A stretch of DNA of 64,000 bases from Flavobacteriaceae bacterium (GCA_947379965.1 CANCPC010000003.1:21153-85152), one strand, 5' to 3'. Counted from the first letter of the stretch, positions 7,367 through 17,578 are shown. The notes: generated by a model not told the origin, from the letters alone. Numbers and translations: made by a program.

Positions 7367-9469
7367 TTATTTAAGGATTTGGTATGCTATTAATGCTGCT
7401 ATGTATGCAAAACTACTCATAAAAAGTAGTTGTGCTAAAGGCCATTTCCAACTGTTGGTTTCTTTTTTTGTAACGGCTAAAGTACTGGCACATTGCATCG
7501 CAAAAGCATAAAATAATAATAACGAAATTCCAGAAGCAAAATTGAATATTTTCTCTCCTGTTACTGGATTAATTTCGGCTTTCATTTTGTCTTTTATTGT
7601 TTCGTCATTATCGCTTCCGCCAACGCTGTATATCGTAGCTAAAGTACCCACAAAAACTTCCCTTGCCGCAAACGAACTAATTATAGCAACGCCAATTTTC
7701 CAATCATAACCCAAAGGTGAAATCAATGGTTCGATTGTTTTTCCCATTATTCCAATATAAGAATGCTCTAATTTATAAGAAGCGACTTTGTTTTTGAGAT
7801 CTGCTGTTGAGAAGCCTATATTATTTCTTTTTGAAAGGATTACCGTTTCGGAATCATTGAATTTTTCGCTCGGACTATTCGAAGCCAGAAACCATAAAAC
7901 CACTGAAATGGCTAAGATAATTTTACCGGCGCCAAAAACGAAAGCTTTGGTTTTTTCAACAACATTTATCGCCACGTTTTTAAACATTGGCAATTTATAA
8001 TTGGGCATTTCGACCACAAAGAAGGTTTTGCATTTTAGTTTCAATACTTTATTTAGCACAAAGGAGGAGAATATTGCCATCCCAAAACCTATTAAATACA
8101 ACAACATCAAAGTCATCCCTTGCATATTTATAAATCCAAAAATGCGTTTATCGGGTATTACAAGTCCAATAATAATGGCATAAACAGGTAATCTCGCGGA
8201 ACAAGTTGTAAACGGTGTTACCAGAATAGTAATTAACCTTTCTTTCCAATTTTCGATGTTTCGGGTGGCCATAATTGCCGGAATCGCACAAGCTGTTCCG
8301 GAGATTAATGGCACAATACTTTTGCCAGAAAGTCCAAAATTCCGCATGATTTTATCCATCAAAAAAACTACACGACTCATATAACCGCTTTCTTCAAGAA
8401 TAGAAATGAATAAAAAAAGAAAGGTAATTTGTGGAATAAATATCAAAATTCCACCAATTCCGGGGATGATTCCTTGAGCAATCAAATTGGTGAAAGCTCC
8501 TGGAGGAAGACTTTCGCTAGCCAAATTACTGAAGGATGCAAAAGTTTGGTCGATGTAGTCCATCGGGATTTTTGACCATTCGAAAATAGATTGAAAAATA
8601 CTCGATAATATGAAAAAGAAAATTAAATAACCCCAAAATTTATGTGTTAAAACCCTGTCTAGCTTGCTTCTAAAATCAGTTGCAATTGAAAAATCTATTT
8701 TTTGACCTATTTTTAAAGTGTCATTTATAAATTGGTATCTTTTGATGGTTTCCTTTTGTTGTAGTCTTTTTATCTCGGAATTTGTTTTTGTAAACGAGTT
8801 GCTATGAATTGCTTTTCTATTTAAATCCACAAAATTTACATCTTGTGTAATTACTAGCCAAAGTTTGTATAATGACTGATTGGGAAATGTTTTTCGAAGA
8901 GTATCAAAATAGGCGTCATCAATAGAAGATGCATTTAAGCATGGTTCTATAGAAATTGTTTTGTAAGTTGTTATTGTGTTTTTTAGTTCTTCAATTCCAA
9001 CTCCTTTTCGAGAACTTACAAGTACAATTTTAGTTTTTAATTGAGATTCTAAAAACGGAATATCCAATGAAATCCCTTTAAGTTTCATTCTGTCAATCAT
9101 GTTAATGACAAGAATGGTTGGTATTTCAAGATCTTTTATTTGGGTGAAAAGCAATAAATTTCGCTTCAAATTTTCTACTTCAGCAATTACTACAATCACA
9201 TCGGGAAAAAGTTTATCGTTTTTGTTTAGCAGAAGTTCAATAACTACATTTTCATCGGCAGAGCTAGCATTAAGACTATAAGTTCCTGGTAAATCTACTA
9301 TATTTGCATGAATTGTATTGGATAATTTGCAAAAACCAACTTTCTTTTCGACCGTAATTCCGGGATAATTTCCCACTTGTTGATTCAAGCCTGTAAGCTG
9401 GTTGAAAACGGAAGTTTTCCCAACATTAGGATTCCCGATTAATGCGACATTGATGTTTTGCTTGCTCAT
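7367..9469 (-). CDS. feoB: Ferrous iron transport protein B
   Basis: GNPNVGKT, NYPGITVE, DLPG GTPase motifs; LEESGYMSR, CSARLPVY, AAREV membrane motifs. Confidence 0.97.
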   Translation of the reverse strand: MSKQNINVALIGNPNVGKTSVFNQLTGLNQQVGNYPGITVEKKVGFCKLSNTIHANIVDLPGTYSLNASSADENVVIELLLNKNDKLFPDVIVVIAEVENLKRNLLLFTQIKDLEIPTILVINMIDRMKLKGISLDIPFLESQLKTKIVLVSSRKGVGIEELKNTITTYKTISIEPCLNASSIDDAYFDTLRKTFPNQSLYKLWLVITQDVNFVDLNRKAIHSNSFTKTNSEIKRLQQKETIKRYQFINDTLKIGQKIDFSIATDFRSKLDRVLTHKFWGYLIFFFILSSIFQSIFEWSKIPMDYIDQTFASFSNLASESLPPGAFTNLIAQGIIPGIGGILIFIPQITFLFLFISILEESGYMSRVVFLMDKIMRNFGLSGKSIVPLISGTACAIPAIMATRNIENWKERLITILVTPFTTCSARLPVYAIIIGLVIPDKRIFGFINMQGMTLMLLYLIGFGMAIFSSFVLNKVLKLKCKTFFVVEMPNYKLPMFKNVAINVVEKTKAFVFGAGKIILAISVVLWFLASNSPSEKFNDSETVILSKRNNIGFSTADLKNKVASYKLEHSYIGIMGKTIEPLISPLGYDWKIGVAIISSFAAREVFVGTLATIYSVGGSDNDETIKDKMKAEINPVTGEKIFNFASGISLLLFYAFAMQCASTLAVTKKETNSWKWPLAQLLFMSSFAYIAALIAYQILK

Positions 9470-9475
9470 TTCAGC

Positions 9476-9709
9476 TTATTGTTCAATAATTTCAACTTCA
9501 ATTTCACTAGCAGTTTCAATACGAATTGCAAGATGTGAACCGTTTATATCTAAATATAACGGATCGCCAAAAGGGGCAATTTGAAGTAATTGAACCTGAT
9601 TTCCAGGCAAACAGCCCATCTCCAATAGTTTTAACGGAATGGCCTCAACATCAAAATTGATGATGATTGCTTTATCCCCTTTTTTTAAGCTGGCTATTGT
9701 AGTTTGCAA
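9476..9709 (-). CDS. feoA: Ferrous iron transport protein A (TTG start)
   Basis: LLEMGCLPG...APFGDP...LAIR FeoA signature; directly upstream of feoB. Confidence 0.95.
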   Translation of the reverse strand: MQTTIASLKKGDKAIIINFDVEAIPLKLLEMGCLPGNQVQLLQIAPFGDPLYLDINGSHLAIRIETASEIEVEIIEQ

Positions 9710-9712
9710 TTC

Positions 9713-9743
9713 TTATTTAGATTGAATTTAGATTGCAAAAGTA
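9713..9743 (-). promoter_or_regulatory. feoAB -7 promoter box with adjacent putative iron-regulator operator
   Basis: TACTTTTG (complement of 9736-9743) followed by imperfect dyad ttatttagattgaatttagatt (9713-9734) between promoter and start codon. Confidence 0.55.
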
Positions 9744-9783
9744 CAGATAAAAATAGAATATTAGCTGATAATTATCAGGTTTA

Positions 9784-10458
9784 CTAATTTTTTTCGTCTT
9801 CTAAAAGCCAATTAATATCTTCGATTAAGCGTGTCATTTCTTCTTTTTTTGTACCGTCATAAAAGCCACGAACGCGTCTTTTAGCATCTACAAGAACAAA
9901 GTTTTCAGTGTGAACCATGTCGTATAATTCGTCTGGTTTTCCTTGTTTTACGGCCAAATAGGATTTTCTAGCCATGGTATAAATCGCTTTTTTGTCGCCT
10001 GTAACTAAGTTCCATTTGCTATCGATCACACCATTTAATTTGGCATACGCTTTCAAAGCGGGAACATCGTCAGTATCCGGAAGAACAGAATGAGATAGCA
10101 ACATTACCTTTGGATTATGAAGAAATTCTTTTTGAATTTCCACCAAATTAGTTGTCATTTTTGGGCAAATAGAGCCACAAGTGGTGAAGAAAAAGTCGGC
10201 CACATAAATCTTCCCTTCGTAGTTTTTTTGGGTGATAGTTTTTCCGTTTTGATTGGTAAACGAAAAATCGGCAATATGGTGTTTGTTCGCAATATATTGT
10301 ATCGTAGAATCTACTAATTCAGGGTTTACATCCGCAGGATTGTAAATTGGTAAGCTTTTTATAGGCTTCAAGGCCGAATAAAATAAGGATAGGACAACGA
10401 CTGAAAACACTAAAAACCCAATAATGAATTTTCGGTATTGGTATAAAAGAGACTTCAT
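9784..10458 (-). CDS. SCO1/SenC family copper chaperone
   Basis: FFFTTCGSICP (CxxxC) and conserved His in MVHTENFVLVD; N-terminal TM; start moved to MKSLL. Confidence 0.93.
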   Translation of the reverse strand: MKSLLYQYRKFIIGFLVFSVVVLSLFYSALKPIKSLPIYNPADVNPELVDSTIQYIANKHHIADFSFTNQNGKTITQKNYEGKIYVADFFFTTCGSICPKMTTNLVEIQKEFLHNPKVMLLSHSVLPDTDDVPALKAYAKLNGVIDSKWNLVTGDKKAIYTMARKSYLAVKQGKPDELYDMVHTENFVLVDAKRRVRGFYDGTKKEEMTRLIEDINWLLEDEKN

Positions 10459-10589
10459 ATGAATATTTTGCTGCAAAAATACGAAATGACTTTTGATTTA
10501 AATTATAACCAAGTTGTTTTCGAATGAATTGGGGTTTTAATTAAAAAATTATGAATATTTTTGTGAGTATAACCAATCCCTTAAAACTA

Positions 10590-12653
10590 ATGAAAATAAA
10601 TTTCAATAAACAGTTATTTTTCGTAATTCCTGCAATCTTAGGGTTTACTTCTTCGCAAGCACAGAACACCCCAGCGAGTAAAGAACCAGGAATTAATGTT
10701 TCGTATATGGATACGAAAGTAAGACCAAACGATGATTTTTTCAGATTTGTAAACGGAACTTGGTTTGATAAAACCCAAATTCCAAATGACAAAACCTCTT
10801 GGGGAAGCTTCAACGAATTGCGTAAAAAAACAGATATTGATGCTTTGAATATTTTGAAAGAAGCGGCCAAAAACCCAAAATATAAATCGAATACTGATCA
10901 GGGTAAAGCCGTAAATCTTTATAAAACGGTTATGGATACCGTTAGTCGAAATAAACAAGGTCTGTCTCCGCTAAAACCCTATTTGGCCAAAATTAACGCC
11001 GTAAAAAATAGTAAAGATTTACAAGCTTTGTTAATTGAAATGGAACCATATGGAGGTATTGGTTTTTTTGGCGTTGGTATAGATGCAGATGCAAAAAATA
11101 GTAACAGAAATGTGATTTCTGTTGGTCCAGCAAGTTTAGGTTTACCGGATCGTGATTATTATGTTTCTGATGATAAAGACTCGAAAGAAAAGCGAGAAAA
11201 ATATGTTTTGCATGTAGCTAGAATGCTTCAGTTTCTGGGAGAAAAACCATTGAAAGCAAATACAGATGCTGCAACAATTTTAGCATTTGAAATAGCATTA
11301 TCTAAACCAAGATTTGATAGAGTAGAAAGACGCGACCGCAGAAAATCATATAATCCGATGAAGGTTTCCGATCTGCAGAAACTTACTCCTACAATAGATT
11401 GGAACACTTACTTGACAAATGTGGGTCTAAAAAATGTAGATTCTTTAATTGTTTCGCAACCTAAATATATGTCTGCTTTAGAGACAATTTTCAAAGAAAA
11501 TAAAGTAGAAGATTGGAAAACTTATTTGCGTTGGAACTTGTTAAACCAATCAACAAACTCATTAACAACGGATATTGAGTATGCTAACTGGGAGTTTTAT
11601 GGAAAAACGTTGACAGGAGCAATCAAACAAAGAGCGCGTGACGAAAGAGCTTTGCAAGTAATAAATGGTTCGGTTGGGGAAGCGCTTGGGAAATTATATG
11701 TAGAAAAAATGTTTCCGGCTGAAGCCAAAGAGAAAGCAGGAAAAATGATTAAGAATGTTTTTCTAGCCTTCGAAAACCGCATCAATAACTTGCCATGGAT
11801 GTCTCCAGATACTAAGAAAAGTGCGATTGAAAAACTTCAAAAATCAACTATAAAAATAGGTTATCCTGATAAGTGGAAAGATTATTCTGCTTTAACTTTG
11901 AAAAGCCCAGAAGATGGAGGGACGTATTTTGAGAACTCGAAAAATCTTGCAAAATGGAGTTTTCAAGAAGATTTAGACAAGCGATTTAAACCAGTAGACA
12001 AAACCGAATGGGGAATGTCGCCACAAACTGTAAATGCGTATTACAATCCTTCCTATAACGAAATTGTGTTTCCAGCAGCAATTCTGCAACCGCCTTTTTA
12101 TAATTATCAAGCCGATGAAGCCGTTAATTATGGTGGAATTGGAGCCGTTATTGGTCATGAAATCTCTCATGGTTTTGATGATTCGGGTGCGCGTTACAAT
12201 GCCGATGGCAACTTGAAAGATTGGTGGACAGCCGATGATTTAAAACAATTCACTGCATTGACAGGTGCACTTGCCACACAATATAGCGCTTTGCAACCTT
12301 TGCCAGGAATTTTTGTTGACGGGAAATTTACTTTGGGAGAAAATATAGGTGATTTAGGCGGAGTAAATGCTGCTTATGATGGATTACAACTTTATTTAAA
12401 AACCAATGGCAATCCCGGTTTAATTGATGGTTTTACACCAGAACAACGTTTCTTTATTTCTTGGACAACCGTTTGGCGAACAAAAACTCGGGACGAAGCC
12501 ATAAAAAATAGTGTCAAAACGGATCCACATTCTCCAGGAATGTATCGTGCTTATGTTCCTTTACAAAATGTAGATTCGTTTTATGAAGCTTTCAAACTTC
12601 AACCCGGCGACGGAATGTATCTTGCGCCAGAGAAACGAGTAAAAATTTGGTAA
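10590..12653 (+). CDS. pepO: M13 family zinc metallopeptidase (PepO/neprilysin-like)
   Basis: VNAYY, HEISH, GENIGD, DPHSP motifs; signal peptide from MKINF. Confidence 0.93.
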   Translation: MKINFNKQLFFVIPAILGFTSSQAQNTPASKEPGINVSYMDTKVRPNDDFFRFVNGTWFDKTQIPNDKTSWGSFNELRKKTDIDALNILKEAAKNPKYKSNTDQGKAVNLYKTVMDTVSRNKQGLSPLKPYLAKINAVKNSKDLQALLIEMEPYGGIGFFGVGIDADAKNSNRNVISVGPASLGLPDRDYYVSDDKDSKEKREKYVLHVARMLQFLGEKPLKANTDAATILAFEIALSKPRFDRVERRDRRKSYNPMKVSDLQKLTPTIDWNTYLTNVGLKNVDSLIVSQPKYMSALETIFKENKVEDWKTYLRWNLLNQSTNSLTTDIEYANWEFYGKTLTGAIKQRARDERALQVINGSVGEALGKLYVEKMFPAEAKEKAGKMIKNVFLAFENRINNLPWMSPDTKKSAIEKLQKSTIKIGYPDKWKDYSALTLKSPEDGGTYFENSKNLAKWSFQEDLDKRFKPVDKTEWGMSPQTVNAYYNPSYNEIVFPAAILQPPFYNYQADEAVNYGGIGAVIGHEISHGFDDSGARYNADGNLKDWWTADDLKQFTALTGALATQYSALQPLPGIFVDGKFTLGENIGDLGGVNAAYDGLQLYLKTNGNPGLIDGFTPEQRFFISWTTVWRTKTRDEAIKNSVKTDPHSPGMYRAYVPLQNVDSFYEAFKLQPGDGMYLAPEKRVKIW

Positions 12654-12675
12654 AAAATATATTTTTTTAAAAATT

Positions 12676-12701
12676 CCCAAGTGTGAGCTTGGGTTTTTTT
12701 T
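12676..12701 (+). terminator. Intrinsic terminator after the M13 peptidase gene
   Basis: cccaag-N6-cttggg followed by a T tract. Confidence 0.7.
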
Positions 12702-12714
12702 GTTTTACTATTAT

Positions 12715-13638
12715 TTAATTCCGTCCTTTCCGCATCGAATAATTTACCATATATAAGCCACCTAAAGTGATTATACCCCCTATAGCAATTGCAATAGAAA
12801 GGGGTTCACCAAAAATTAGGGATCCTAATAACACAGCAATAATTGGATTCACATAAGCATAAATACTATTTATTTCTGGTGGAAGTTTTTGCAACATGTA
12901 GATAAAAGCAATAAAAGTAAGTACAGATCCAACAATTACTAAATATGCAATTGCCCACCAAGAATTCGACGAAATAGAACTTAAAGTAACCCCTGTGCCG
13001 GTGGCCCCCGTAATAGCAAAGAGCAGAATACTAGAAATTAGCATTTGTAATCCTAGACTAAAATACGGATTGAAACTTGCTGCCTTTTTCTTGGTATACA
13101 AACTGCCAAATGCCCAACTTAAAGTTGATAATACGGAAAGAATAATACCAAATCGAAAATCAGGATTTAGGAAATCACCTAGATGATCATAGAAAATTAC
13201 GCAAACGCCACCAAAACTAATTATGAGTCCAAATACGGCTAATCGGACTAATTTTTCCCCACTAAAAATGGAGATAATTACAATCCATAATGGGAAAACA
13301 GCATTGATAATAGCGCCTAAACCGCTGCTTATATATTTTACCCCCCAGGTGCTTAAACCGTTACTTAATGCAAAATTCAGTATACTCAAAATGAGAATGG
13401 TTCGCCATTGTTTGCCTTTCGGCCAAGGTGTTTTTATAAACAAAAAATAGGAAACATAAAGAATTCCACCTATAAATTGTCTCATTCCGGCGAGTTGTAA
13501 TGCAGGCATATGACGCACTCCTTCCTTTGATGCAATCCATGTGGTCCCCCAAAAAAAGCATACAAAACACAAGGCGAGTATTGGTAAACCAATTGCATTT
13601 ACTTTTGTCGAAACTACTTTTTGTATTTTTTTCTTCAC
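12715..13638 (-). CDS. EamA/DMT family transporter
   Basis: About 10 TM; FWGTTW, GSVLTFIAF, YAYVNPIIAV motifs. Confidence 0.92.
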   Translation of the reverse strand: MKKKIQKVVSTKVNAIGLPILALCFVCFFWGTTWIASKEGVRHMPALQLAGMRQFIGGILYVSYFLFIKTPWPKGKQWRTILILSILNFALSNGLSTWGVKYISSGLGAIINAVFPLWIVIISIFSGEKLVRLAVFGLIISFGGVCVIFYDHLGDFLNPDFRFGIILSVLSTLSWAFGSLYTKKKAASFNPYFSLGLQMLISSILLFAITGATGTGVTLSSISSNSWWAIAYLVIVGSVLTFIAFIYMLQKLPPEINSIYAYVNPIIAVLLGSLIFGEPLSIAIAIGGIITLGGLYMVNYSMRKGRN

Positions 13639-13639
13639 G

Positions 13640-14464
13640 TTATAGATTTTTTTTTGAGAACGAATACCCCAAAACTTTTTCGACTTTCGAACTCAAAACA
13701 ATTTTGCCAAAAGTAGGCAATTGATAATTAAATTCCGGCAAAGCCAAATTCAATTCTGCCGCTTTTTGTGTGTAATATTCTTTGCGATTCGGGTGAAAAG
13801 GCGCAACACCATTAAAGGTTTCTCCCCAACTATTTATTTCGATAATCTTCATTATTATACCAATGCAATCTTCTTGGTGAATGAGGTTTATGGGAGCATT
13901 TGGGTTTTCAATATTTGTTCTTCCAGCAAGAAAATGCACAGGATGTCGGTCTTCGCCAATCAATCCTCCAAAACGTAAAACGGTGGTTTTAAAGTTAGTA
14001 TTCTTTTGCAAAAGTTGTTCTGTTTGTAACAATTGCTTGCCGCCTTCTGTTTCTGGATGAGGCTCGGTTTCTTCGGCAATAATAGAATTAGCATCTCCAT
14101 AAACTGAAGTTGAACTTACAAAAATCACGTTTTCGATTTCGGATTTTTCGATAAAAGGAATTAAAGTTTCTATTTTTCCAACAAATGACAATCCGAGCGC
14201 ATTCAAAGGATCTTTTGAATTTCCTCTTAATTTGGGTGGAATATCGATAATCAAGATTTTGCTTCCTCGCAAAAAGGCTTCGATATTTCCGGAAATACTA
14301 TCGCTGTCAAGGGTAATTTGAAAAGGTCGAATTCCCGAGTTTTCCAACACCGAAAGTTTCTCGCTCGATGTTGTCGAACCATTTACTGAAAATCCGTTTT
14401 GCAGCAAGGCTTTCGCCAAAGGCAAACCCAACCAACCGCAACCAAGAATACTAATTTGTGTCAT
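13640..14464 (-). CDS. Atypical SDR / NAD-dependent epimerase-dehydratase (YeeZ-like)
   Basis: ISILGCGWLG Rossmann motif; SSTSVYG; LRFGGLIG. Confidence 0.88.
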   Translation of the reverse strand: MTQISILGCGWLGLPLAKALLQNGFSVNGSTTSSEKLSVLENSGIRPFQITLDSDSISGNIEAFLRGSKILIIDIPPKLRGNSKDPLNALGLSFVGKIETLIPFIEKSEIENVIFVSSTSVYGDANSIIAEETEPHPETEGGKQLLQTEQLLQKNTNFKTTVLRFGGLIGEDRHPVHFLAGRTNIENPNAPINLIHQEDCIGIIMKIIEINSWGETFNGVAPFHPNRKEYYTQKAAELNLALPEFNYQLPTFGKIVLSSKVEKVLGYSFSKKNL

Positions 14465-14567
14465 TGTGAAAAAAATTGAGTTCTCAAAAGTAGTTTAAAA
14501 AGGGGATTAAATAGTCGGATAATCTATAATCTCGGGTTTTCTTATTCGTGTTGAATACGCAATAAAA

Positions 14568-15116
14568 TCAAGCTGTTAGCTTTAGTATTTTCGCTATTGA
14601 TATTCTATCCTTTTTTGTAACAATTTGCTTGCGTTCTTTTTGGGCAATTTCTTTATCGTCTTTGTTGATGAGGTAATTCAAGGCTTCATAAATGTCACTA
14701 AATTTTTTGTCGTATTTGGTTTCTATTTCCATTAATTTAGCATTGAATTCTTTGTGTTCCAGAGCATATCTTCGTATCATAACAAAAGTTCTCATTATAG
14801 CAATATTCACATTTAGGGCCACTTCCGAATTTAAAACCCCGCTAAGCATAGCAACTCCTTGTTCAGTAAAAGCAAAAGGCGTTACAATTATGTTTCTTTT
14901 ATTTTGGTATGCGGTCACAATTTGTGACCGCATACTTTCCCATTCTTCAATAGTTAATCGAAACATAAAATCAACAGGAAATCTCTTGATATTTCTTTTG
15001 ACGGCTTGGTTTAAAACTTTTGTTTCTACTTCGTAAAGCATTGCCAAATCAAAGTCAAGTATGACTTTTTGACCTCGAATGTTAACTATTTTAGATTGTA
15101 ATGTTGCTAATTCCAA
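14568..15116 (-). CDS. ORF6N domain DNA-binding protein (TTG start; C-terminus probably frameshifted)
   Basis: RGQKVILDFDLAMLYEVETKVLNQAVKRN..RFP.DFMF, RSQIVT, PFAFTEQGVAMLSGVL. Confidence 0.9.
   Translation of the reverse strand: MELATLQSKIVNIRGQKVILDFDLAMLYEVETKVLNQAVKRNIKRFPVDFMFRLTIEEWESMRSQIVTAYQNKRNIIVTPFAFTEQGVAMLSGVLNSEVALNVNIAIMRTFVMIRRYALEHKEFNAKLMEIETKYDKKFSDIYEALNYLINKDDKEIAQKERKQIVTKKDRISIAKILKLTA
14907..14935. repeat. Perfect 29-bp palindrome inside the ORF6N coding sequence
   Basis: gtatgcggtcacaa-t-ttgtgaccgcatac, 14-bp perfect arms. Confidence 0.95.
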
Positions 15117-15132
15117 ATTAGGTTATTTATGT

Positions 15133-15165
15133 TAATATGTCAACACAATTTGTGACGACATATTA
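15133..15165. promoter_or_regulatory. Imperfect 33-bp palindrome upstream of ORF6N gene sharing its core with the intragenic palindrome (putative operator)
   Basis: taatatgtcaacacaa-t-ttgtgacgacatatta; core cacaatttgtgac identical to 14916-14928. Confidence 0.6.
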
Positions 15166-17559
15166 CTATTTTTTCAAACTATCTTTCACTACTGTTACGC
15201 TATCTTTTTTTATAACAAATCTATTTCTAGTGTTCAAAGGTTTTACTTCAACTACTCTCGCAATTGCTTTTATTTTCTGATTAATAACCACAGCATCATT
15301 CATTACGAATGGCGTTGGCATCATCCAATTGGCTCTTTTTGCCATCGAAAACAACGGATTATTCATCAAATCGAAAGAGCTTTCCATTAGATCCATATCC
15401 AAAACGCTCGTAGTTTTTATATTAAATTCCATTTCCAGCGGAAGTTGATCTACCACATAATAGCTCAACAATTTTTTGCCTTTTCGTTCGTAAACAGCTC
15501 CTTTCTGACCTAATAGCGATATGCCATTGGCTTTAAAATTTTGAATATCTAAATCTTCATTGGCAAAAATATCATACCGATTTACTTTTCTGTTGGGAGT
15601 AATTCGAATTTTTAAATAACGATTGGTCTCAGAAACACTGTCTTTCAGAAATTCGATGGTGGGTCTGGCGATGTTTTTCAATGGCGCATCAGCCATAAAT
15701 GTAAATGCAGTATTGTACTTGCTTTTCAAAGGATTAGCATTTAAACCGTTGGCTATTTTTGGATTTTGTCCTAAATAACCGCGTGTCCATTCATCAAGAT
15801 TGGTGTCGTAAGTTGTCCAAACTGCTTTGTTGGTATTGGCATCAAGTAGGTACAATAAACTATTCGATTTGGCTTTTCCTGGTTCATAATTCGATAGATA
15901 ATGTGCTTTTGCAAAGAAACCAATAGCAGCAATAAATAGGAAAAATGACCATTTCTTTTTTCGAGCAAACGAACCAAAAAGAGGCAATAACAAACCAAAA
16001 ACTAAAGCAGTTAAAATGGCACTCCCGAATAATAATTTTAATCCCAAACCTATCGGAAACATATGAATAAGTGGTGCAATAAGAAACAATGCTGGAATAC
16101 TTAAAACAAGATTCAGGATTGGTTTTGATTTTTGGGTTATGATAAACGAAGCCAACATAATCAATCCTGAAAACACAGGAAGAATCAAAAATCCTGCGCC
16201 TTTCAGTTTCAAACCAATAACAAAATTAATAATAATCCAAATAAATAATGGAGCGATAGAATGGTTTATCGTTGCTTTTTTGGCAGAGAAGCGTTGATAA
16301 AAAACAAAACAAATAGATAAACTCAAAAGTATAAAAGCAATAATGTACGAATGTCCATTGTAGGTAAATCCGTTGAGTAAATCGTTGTATTGCGGATAGA
16401 CTTTTAGCAATAATTTCCATCCAAAAAAAGTGATCAATCCGGAGGTAATCATTGCGCTCAAAAACGGAATAAACCCTTTTGTCATTTCTTGAAATGATAA
16501 AATTCGTTTGGCCAAACCAAAGAAAATCAAAATCACAAAAAGTATAAATGCAAGAATCACCATAGGTAAAACCCATGCAAATGGATAACTTATAAAAGTA
16601 AATGGAATCGTAAAATAAACATCATCATTTTTATTTTTGGTAGTTTTTAAATCGGTATTCGAAAAGTAATTTAGCAATGGCATCAAGTAAGTTCCTTGAT
16701 GTTCTAGTGTATTAGTGCTCAAATGATGGAGATTGTCTTGAGCAGAATGGTAATTGTAATGTCCGTCAATAAAGGCAAAATTGTAGCCTTGAATATTACC
16801 TTGTTCTCTAAAAACGGTTAGATCGGTATCATTGGGAAGCATTTTATAAATACTGTACATCAAAGAATTTGAAACCGGATATTTCGTATTTGCAGCGGCG
16901 AATTCTTTCACAAGTCCACTATTTCCTTCATTGGTTTCCATCAACATATAACTGGGTCCTGAAGAACCGCGCGCTTCAAAATTGAGCACCAAACCCACTT
17001 CTTTTGCCCATTTATGTTGCGTTACAAAAAGAGCAGCACCGTTCAAACCTAATTCTTCGCCGTCCGTAAACAGAATAATGATGTCGTTTTTGTGTTGTTT
17101 TTTATTATAAATAAAAGCACGAACACTTTCGAGAATTGTCGCCACCCCAGAACCAGCATCACTTGCGCCTTTTGAAGCCGAATGTGGCGCGCTATCATAA
17201 TGCGAAAGTAACAGCAATGCTTTATCATTGTTAGTCCCTTTTATCCGAGCCATAACATTCTTGCATTTGGTCAATGTTCCCCAATCCGAAAAGGAAAAAC
17301 CTTCCTGAATCGAAGTTTTCAAACCCATTTTTTGTAATTCATTTTGAAGATAATTCGCAACGTCTTCATGATTTTCGGAACCTACAAAATGTGGCTTTTT
17401 CGAAATATTTTTTACTTGTTCTAAAGCTCTTTTGGTAGAAAATTCCGAAAGTGGAACGTCATTAGAAGTAATAATGTGGGGCATCATTGTAGCGAAAACA
17501 AATCCAAGAATTACGAGGATAAATAACGCAGAAAAAACAGAGGAAATGTTTTTTTTCAT
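15166..17559 (-). CDS. Membrane-bound M28 family metallopeptidase
   Basis: SHYDS, GASDAGSG, DGEE, NFEARG, NDTD, YHS motifs followed by multi-TM region; start moved to MKKNISS. Confidence 0.92.
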   Translation of the reverse strand: MKKNISSVFSALFILVILGFVFATMMPHIITSNDVPLSEFSTKRALEQVKNISKKPHFVGSENHEDVANYLQNELQKMGLKTSIQEGFSFSDWGTLTKCKNVMARIKGTNNDKALLLLSHYDSAPHSASKGASDAGSGVATILESVRAFIYNKKQHKNDIIILFTDGEELGLNGAALFVTQHKWAKEVGLVLNFEARGSSGPSYMLMETNEGNSGLVKEFAAANTKYPVSNSLMYSIYKMLPNDTDLTVFREQGNIQGYNFAFIDGHYNYHSAQDNLHHLSTNTLEHQGTYLMPLLNYFSNTDLKTTKNKNDDVYFTIPFTFISYPFAWVLPMVILAFILFVILIFFGLAKRILSFQEMTKGFIPFLSAMITSGLITFFGWKLLLKVYPQYNDLLNGFTYNGHSYIIAFILLSLSICFVFYQRFSAKKATINHSIAPLFIWIIINFVIGLKLKGAGFLILPVFSGLIMLASFIITQKSKPILNLVLSIPALFLIAPLIHMFPIGLGLKLLFGSAILTALVFGLLLPLFGSFARKKKWSFFLFIAAIGFFAKAHYLSNYEPGKAKSNSLLYLLDANTNKAVWTTYDTNLDEWTRGYLGQNPKIANGLNANPLKSKYNTAFTFMADAPLKNIARPTIEFLKDSVSETNRYLKIRITPNRKVNRYDIFANEDLDIQNFKANGISLLGQKGAVYERKGKKLLSYYVVDQLPLEMEFNIKTTSVLDMDLMESSFDLMNNPLFSMAKRANWMMPTPFVMNDAVVINQKIKAIARVVEVKPLNTRNRFVIKKDSVTVVKDSLKK

Positions 17560-17578
17560 AATGGTAAATATTTGGAAT

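Noticed and set aside
10541-10958. Antisense and alternate-frame short ORFs (e.g. 10541-10870, 10638-10958, 14692-15036, 29638-29985, 59661-59984, 63227-63448)
   Set aside because: They overlap well-supported genes and show no recognisable motifs; treated as shadow ORFs
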